DNA from: Scenedesmus sp. PABB004
Lineage: Eukaryota
Length of the DNA stretch: 64,000 nt
Assembly: GCA_014905635.1 (NCBI GenBank)
Contig: JABVCE010000003.1
Coordinates: forward strand, 1,116,001 to 1,180,000
Direction: 5' to 3'
Shown: piece by piece, positions 57,101-64,000 of the stretch
How positions within the stretch are numbered: position 1 is the stretch's first letter
Layout: each line of letters opens with the position of its first letter
The notes under the pieces: generated by a model
The model's input: the letters and a program-made list of their open reading frames with translations, nothing else
Told to the model about the DNA's origin: nothing
The model's database searches: none
Made by a program: the position numbers and the translations under genes

Positions 57101-60100
57101 CTAGCGCCGGCGCGGCGCGTACGCCGCCTTGGCCGCCGCCGCGCCCGACACCGGCACCGCCTGCTGCGCGCCCCATGCGCCGCCGGCGCGGCCGGGGCCC
57201 GCCCCCGCCGCCACCGCGCCGGGGCCGCCGCGCGCGGCGCCGTAGCCGCCGTAGCCGCCGCCGCCGCCGCCGCTGCTCGTGCGCTGCACGCCGCCGCCGC
57301 CCTCCGGCGAGCCGACGAGGTGTCCGCCCGCGTACGCGGCGGCCGCCGTGGCGGGGCGCCCGCCGCCGGCGCTGCGCGGGCTGACCGCGGCGAGGCCCTG
57401 CGGCTGCAGGCCCTGCCCCCCGATCGAGTAGCCGGAGCGCTCGTCGGCGAGCGCGAGCGCGTACGTGGGCGCGGGCGCCTGCGCGATGGCCGAGGCGTGC
57501 TTGTTCGGGCTCCACTGCGCCGCGACGGCGGCCTGCGCCGAGGTGGGCCGCCCCGCGAGGAAGGGCGGCGGCCCCGGCATCGGGCTCGCGCCGCCGGCAC
57601 CCGCCGCGCGGCCGCCGCCGCTGCGGCCGCCGGGCTGGCCGCCCGACGACGGCCCCCGGCTGCCGCCCCAGGCGCCGCCGCCGCGCTGGCCGCCGCTGCT
57701 GCTGTTGCCGCGGCTGCTGCTGGCAAAAGAGGTCGTGCTCATGTTCTCCTCAGCGCTCGCATAGTCGTCGCTGGCGTCGTCGCTCGCGCCGTCGCCGGCG
57801 TGGTGCACGCGGTGCGCGAGCGGCGCCGCGCCCGCGGGGGCGGGGCCGGGCCGGCCGGCGTCGCTGGCGCGGCGCGGCGTCGCGGCGCCGCTGCGCGGCG
57901 ACTGCGAGCCCGTGGGCGTCGCCGACGCGTAGCGCGCCGCCGCGGGGCCGCCGGCGCGGCCCTGCTGCCAGCCGGGGCCGCTCACGCGCGGCGAGCGCCG
58001 CCCGCCCGCCGCGCCCGCGCCCGACGCCTGGCGCGAGAGCGCGGCTCCGGGCGGCGCCGCGCCGCCGAGCGCCGACGCCTGGCGCGACAGCCCCGGCGGC
58101 GTGCCGGCGCCGCCCGCGGCCGCCATCGCGCTGTCGACCAGGCCCCACGACGCCGCATAGCGGTTGCCCTGCCCGTACGTGGCGGGGTCGATCGTGGGGT
58201 CGGCCAGCGGCGCGCCGGGGCCGGTCGGCAGGCCGAGCGACTGCCAGCCCCACGACGGCGGCGCGCGCTTGCCCGCGTCGCGCGGGCTCGGCGCGAGCAG
58301 CCCCGCCGCCTGCGCCGACTTCTTGGCGTGCTGCATCGTGCTGCCGTGCTGCGCCGCGAGCGGGCCGAGGCGCGGCTGCGGCAGCAGCGCCGCGAGCGGC
58401 GCGCCGTCCGGCAGCCCGCGGCGCGGCGCCGGCGGCCGGCCGCCGTGGCTGCGGCGACGGCGCAAGCGGCGGCGGCGGCGGCGGCGGCAGCTCGGCGGCC
58501 GCGCGGGCGCGCGGCGGCGCCGCCGCGGCGCACGCGTCTGCGCCGACCCGCGGGCGGCCGCGGCGCGCGCGCGCACCTGCTGCTGTTGCCGCTGCTCATG
58601 CGCTTGATGCTCCCCAGCCCCGCCGCCAGCGGCGTGAGGTTGCCGGCGGTGGCCTCGTACACGTCCGTCAGCCGCACGCTGCTGCCGGCGCCGGGCGCGA
58701 GGCCGGGCCGCCCCAGGCCCGCGAGCGAGGCGGGCGGGCGCTCCAGGATGTCCATCGTCGCCTGGCCCAGCACCGGCAGGCCGCGCGTGGGCAGCGGCGC
58801 CGCGCCGCCGCCGGCGGAGGCGCGGCGGCTCCCCGACGAGGTGCTGCTCGGGCGCAGCGGCCGCGGCCCCGCGCCCGGCGGCGGCAGGCCGGAGAGCGCC
58901 AGCGCGTGCGGCAGGCCGCCGCCGAGGGGGGCGCCGCCGCCGCTCGAGGGCTGCGGGCTGAGGCTGGCCGCGGGCGGCGCGAGCGCCCGCCGACCGCGCG
59001 GGCTGGGCTGCGCCGCCGCGGCAGCCGCCGCCACCGCGGCGCCGTCCGCGAACGCGGCGCGGTGCTGCAGCTCCAGCCGCTCCACGCGCGTTGGCACCGA
59101 CACCGCCTCGTGGCCGGTGCTGCTGCCGCGCCGCGGGGGCGCCGCGTGCGTGTCGCCGGCGTCGCTTGCCGGCGCGGTCCCTGTACCACCGCGCGGGCTC
59201 GGCGCGCCGCTGCCGCCGTCGGAGCTGCCCGTGACGCGCATGCTGCGCGCCAGCCCCGCCATCACCTGCTGCACGCCCAGCGCGTACGCGCGCGTCGCGT
59301 CCAAGTCCAGGAACGCGACGCCCGCGCCCGCCGAGGGCCCCTGCAGCGCCTGCTCGTCCTCGCTCGCCTCCCGCTCCTCCTCGTCCTGCTCCTCCGGCTC
59401 GTAGTAATACTGCGGCTGCTGCGCGTACTGCTGCTGCTCCATGTACTGCTGCGCCTGCGGCCCGGGCGGCACGCGCCGGGTGGAGGGCGCGCCGCCCTGC
59501 AGCGCACCCGCCGCGGCGGCGGCGGCGGCGACGCCGGCCGCGCCGCCGCGGCCGCCGCTGATGCTCCGGCGCAGCGCGCCCATGAGGCCGCCGGCCGCGG
59601 CCTGCCGCGAAGCCCTGAGCGCCTGCGGCGCAGGGGCGGCAGCGGCGCTCAGGCGGCGGCGCTGCCGCCTGCCGCGCGGCGCGCTCGTGGCTCGCAGACG
59701 GCGGGCGGCGCCAGCGCGCCCAGCGCCGCACCTGGTCCTCTGCGCGCATGCGCTCGACAAAGGGCTGCGGCGCGGGCTCGGGGGCGTCAAACGGGTCAAG
59801 CCGCGTGGCCAGCCCCGCCGACAGCACGAGCGACGAGCGCACGAGCGGCCCCGTGGCGCCGCCGGCGGCGGCAGCGGCCGCCGCCGCGGCGCCCAGCGCG
59901 GCCGCGCTCGGCACGCCGCCGGCCGGGCCCGCAGCGTCGCCGGCGGCAAAGGCGCTGCGGTCGACGTGGCGGCTGCTCACGCTCTGGCGCATGAAGCTCG
60001 GCGAGTGCGGCTGCGAGGACGGCGCAGGGGCCGCACAGCGCTCAGCCGCGGCCGGGGGCTCGACTGAGCGCGTGCCAGCGGGGGCCGCGGCATGCGCCGT

Positions 60101-61737
60101 GCCGTGCCGTGCCGCGCCGCGCCGCGCCGCGGCCGCACCTCGTCGTCGGCGCGGTTGCCGAAGGAGAAGCTCTCGATCGGGCTCGTCGCGCGGCCGCCGC
60201 CCGCCGCGAGCGTGACGCGCAGCGCGGCCGACGCGGCCGCGGGGCCGCCGCGCGGCATGCGGCCGACCTGGCCCGGCTGCGGCGAGTCTGGGGCGCGCGA
60301 CGCGGCAGGCGGCGGCGCGTCAGCTGCGCGGCCAGCAGCGCAAGCTCCGCACAGTCGCTGCGCGCGCGCGCGCGCGCAGCACCCACCGCGGCCCTCGCGG
60401 TCGTCCTCCGCCACGCACTCCAGCGAGCGCCCGACCACGAGCTCGGCGCCGGGGGGCCCCGGCTTGGCCAGCAGCGAATGGCTCTTGCTCAGCGGGCCCT
60501 CGCCCGACGCCAGCGAGCTCCACACGCTGCCGGCGCCCAGCGCCTCGGCCGCCGCGGCGAGCGCCGAGGGCGGCGCCGCGCTGCCGCCTGCCGCCGCGGC
60601 CGCGTGCTGCTGCTGCAACTGCAGCGCCGCCAGGCCAAACGTGGCGCTCGCGCGCAGCGCGTGGCTCGCGGCGAGCGCGGCGCCGCTGTCGCTGGAGCGG
60701 CTCGAGCCGCGGCGGCTCGCGTCGCCGCCGGAGCGCCAGCTCGGCGCGCCGGCGTCGGAGCCCGACGCGCGGCGGCTGCCGGCGCTGGCGCTGCTGGCCG
60801 AGCCGCGGCGCTTGCCGAAGAGCAGCGCGCCGAGGTGCTTCGCGGCGGCGCCCTGGTCGCCGGGCGCCGCGGCGTCGCCGAGGCGCGGCGCCGCGCCGCC
60901 GGGCAGGCCCGCCTGCCAGAAGCGCAACCCGCCCGCGGGCGCGCCGCCGCGCGGCGGCGCGCTCGCGCCCGCGACGGCGCTGCCCGGCAGCTGGAAGAAC
61001 CGCGGCCGCGCCGCCGCGTCGCCGCGCAGGTCGTCGCCGCCCGGCGCGCCGCGCGCGATGCTCGGCGCCCACCACATGCCGCGCCGCGCGCCGCCCTTGG
61101 CGGAGGCCGCCTGCTGCGCCGCGACGTGCTCGCGCTTGAGCGCGTGCAGCTGGTCCGCGTTGCGCTTCAGCGCCGCCAGCACTGCGCGGCGTGGCGGAGC
61201 TGTGAGGGGCGGGCGGCCGCGCCGCGCCGGGCGCGGGGCGCGGGGCGCGGGGCGCGGGGCGCGGGGCGCGGGGCGCGGGGCGCGGGGCGCGGGGCGCGGG
61301 GCGGCGCCACACAGCGCCACAGCGCCGCGCACCGTCGGGGCCGAGCGCCCCTGCCAGCTCCGCGGCGACCGCCTCCTTGGCCTTGGCCTGGCTCGCCGCT
61401 ACCCACAGCACCTGCGCGGCGGGCCAGGACGCTGTTGGACCCGCCCCTCGAGCTGCCGCCGGCGGCGCGCGGCGGCCACGCGCGGCGCGGCGCTGCGCGG
61501 CCGCTCCCGCCGCCGCAACCGCCGCCGCCGCTGGTCGCGCCGCCGGCGGCGCTGCCGACCGCGCGGCGCGCTCGCCTCGTGGGCGGCATCGTTGGCGGCG
61601 CGCACTACGTCGTCGTTCTGGCGGCACAGCGCCTGCAGCGCCTCCAGCAGGGCGTCGCCGCGGACGGGCGAGCTGCCAGCGCGGCCTGCTGCCGCCTGCT
61701 CGTCAGACGCGGCGGACGTCACCGTCGCGCCCGTCAT
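57101..61737 (-). CDS. Large hypothetical low-complexity (Ser/Gly/Ala-rich) protein, about 6 exons
   Basis: Successive minus-strand ORFs are joinable by plausible introns, with a helical N-terminus (LLEALQALCRQND...AVLAALKRNADQLHALKREH) and many RxxS motifs. No family recognised. Confidence 0.55.
61231..61300. repeat. (GCGCGGG)x10 heptamer array, intronic
   Basis: Ten exact 7-bp units within an intron of the 57.1-61.7 kb gene. Confidence 0.9.
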
Positions 61738-62147
61738 GGCACGGGGCGCACTGCCAGCGGCGCGGGCATGCGGGCTGTGAGCGAGGCGCGGGAGGCGCAG
61801 TCCTCAACGGGCCGGTCCCAGTGCTCCGCGAGGGGCGCCTGCCTGGCGCTGCGCCGCTGCGTTACGGCCGCGCTTTCGTTGCTGACGCCGATGAGCCGGC
61901 TGTTGGAGCCTCGCGAGGTTGAGGGAGCGGAGCCGCGCAGGTTCAGTTTTTTTGGCGCGTGACGCCGCCGCTCATCGCCGTCGCCCGCCTGCGCTGTGCT
62001 TGCCCGCAGAAGAGGCTCAACCACAGACCGCCCACGCGGCGCGGAGGCCACCACCGGTTGGCCGCCGCCGCCGCCGCGCGTCGCCGCCGCCGCTGTCGCT
62101 GCCGCCGCGCCGCGAGCGCCTGCGACGCGATCGGCAGCGCCCCCGCG

Positions 62148-64000
62148 ATGCCGGCGCAGACGGGCGCGCTGGCGCAGCTGGTGGGCCGGCACTTTCCGCC
62201 GCTCGCGTACGGCTTTGCGTACGGCAGCGGCGTGTTCGCGCAGCCCGGGCTCTACGCGCGCGGCGGCGCGCCGATGCTGGACTTCATCTTCGTGGTCGAA
62301 GACCCCCTCGCCTGGCACGCACAGGCGCGCGGCAGCAGCGGCCGGCGGCGCGCGTGCGCGGCGGCCGGTGCGCGGGCGGGCGCGGCGCGCGAGCCGCTGC
62401 GCCGCTCCGCGCCGCCGCCGCCGCGGCGCAGAACATGCAGCGCAACCCCCGGCACTATTCCTTCCTGCGCCACCTCGGCCCCGGCGCGGTGCGGTGGGGG
62501 CGCGGGCGCGCGGGGGCGCAACAATTCTGCCGGCGGGCGGTCGATCGGGGCCTGCCGCCGCCGCCGCCGCCGCCGGCGCCGCCGCAGGCGTGCGCCGTGG
62601 CGGACCGCGTCGGCGTGGGCGTCTTCTTCAACACCCTGGTGCCGCTGGAGGACCAGGCGCGCCGCGCGCGCGCGGCGGCGCAGGCGAACGCAGCCGAACG
62701 CGCGGCCGCCCGCCCGCCGGCTGTCGCGTCGCTCCGCGCCGCCACCACTGAGCCCCGCCCGCCGCGCGCAGCTGGTCAAGTACGGCGTGGTCAGCAGCGC
62801 CGCGTTCCAGCAGGACCTGCTGAACTGGAGCCACCTCTACGTCGGCGGCCGCCTGCACAAGCCGGTCGCGGTGCTCGCGGCGGGCGACAAGCCCGCCGCC
62901 GCGGCCGCGGCCAACCTGCAGTCGGCGCTCGCGGCGGCGTTGCTGCTGCTGCCGCGCGCCGCGAGCCTCACGGTGCGGCGGCGGCCCGGCCCGGCCCGGC
63001 CCGTGGAGGCGCCGCCGCCCATGCGCGCCGCCTGCCAACGCGCCCACCGACGCTCCCGCCGTGCGCCCGTCCGCCGCCCGCCTGCCCTGCCTGCCCCGCC
63101 TCCCCCGCCCCGCCCACGTTTGAGCCTCAGGACCTGTTCAAGCGCATCGCCAGCCTCTCCTACCTCGGCGACGTGCGCATGGGCCTCGCCGAGGACAGCC
63201 GCAAGGTCCAGCGCATCGTCGCGGGCAGCCGGCAGCACTTTGAGCACCTCTACCTCCCGCTGCTGCAGGCGCGGCGGCGGCGGCGCTGTTAGTTGCGGCT
63301 GCGGCGGCTGCAGCGGGGATGCGGCTGCGGCGGCTGCTGCTGCGGCGGCGGCTGCGGCGCGGCGCCGAGCGCGCACACGGCACTGCGGCGCGGCCGCCGC
63401 AGGCGCCGCCGTGGCGGGAGCTGGGCGTCGTTGCGGGCGCGGACGGCGTGGAGCAGGGCGGCGGGCGCGACGCGCAGCTGGCCCTCCTCGCGCGCCTGCC
63501 GGCGGTGCGCGCGGCACGCGGGGCAGCACGTGCAGCACGCGCAGCGCGTGCAGCCGCTGAGAGCCCGTCGCGCCGCGCCTTACAGGTGCTGCTCGCGCGC
63601 GTCGCGGCCAAGCTCGGCCCCGCGCTGCCAGACGCGACGGCCGCGGCGGCGGCGGCGGTCGCGGCGCGCGCCGCAGCGAGCGTGGCCGCGCCGCTGCCGG
63701 CGCTGCCGGACGCGGCGCGGCGCGACATTGCGGCCGCCGCGCTGTCGGCGCCACGCTACCAGCGGCTGCTCAAGTCGGGGCTGCACGCCATCGTCGCCGG
63801 CTCGAGCAGGCGCGGCCAAGCGGCGGCGACGCGGCGCGGCGGCAGCGCGGGGCGGCAGCAGCGCGGGGCGGCGACGGCGGCCGGGGTCGCTGAGCGGGCG
63901 CCGCCGCGCCGCGCTCTGCCCGCCGCCCCCGCAGGCGCCAGGCGGTGGCGGGGCTGCTGTACGCGGGGCCGGTGCGCTCGCTGCGGTACCTCGGTGCTAA
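62148..64000 (+). CDS. TAM41: Mitochondrial phosphatidate cytidylyltransferase TAM41/Mmp37 (3' end beyond window)
   Basis: FPPLAYGFAYGSGVFAQ, MLDFIFVVEDPLAWH|NMQRNPRHYS, GVFFNTLV, VKYGVVS...DLLNWSHLYVGGRLHKPV, IASLSYLGDVRMGLAEDSRKVQRIV, and ...VRSLRYLGA at the window edge. Confidence 0.94.

Noticed and set aside
1..64000. Transposons, viral inserts, tRNA/rRNA genes
   Set aside because: No transposase, RT, integrase or capsid motifs, no large compositional island and no tRNA/rRNA signatures were recognised by eye; short elements could have been missed.

Overview
This is a eukaryotic, extremely GC-rich (about 80% by eye), gene-dense and intron-rich nuclear segment, most consistent with a chlorophyte green alga (inferred from plastid-targeted PPO, AK-HSDH and PHT4, short introns with CTGAC/CTCAC branch sites and TGTAA signals). 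About 24 spliced protein-coding genes can be reconstructed by hand: partial Nup155-like, PX-BAR sorting nexin, a small secreted prepropeptide-like protein, SKA2, protoporphyrinogen oxidase, a plant-type unknown protein, class II DnaJ, two tandem secreted PQYV/VPV-repeat proteins, PARN, an F-box-like protein, AK-HSDH, an unknown enzyme-like protein, a CXC/tesmin protein, PHT4, a FUSC/ALMT-like protein, an unknown TM protein, a CID protein, an ABCG half-transporter head-to-head with a KCS, a NOL8-like RRM protein, mitochondrial uL14, a large low-complexity protein and partial TAM41. No tRNA, rRNA, CRISPR array or transposase was seen. The most notable observations are: (1) roughly one intron in five appears to use a GC donor; (2) a divergent ABCG/anchorless-KCS pair that could be a wall-lipid synthesis/export unit; (3) a ~53-bp G:U-rich hairpin inside an enlarged AK-HSDH intron; (4) a secreted precursor ending in an amidation signal; (5) telomere-like heptamer arrays in introns. 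All exon boundaries are manual inferences without RNA data, and CDS coordinates span first to last codon including introns.
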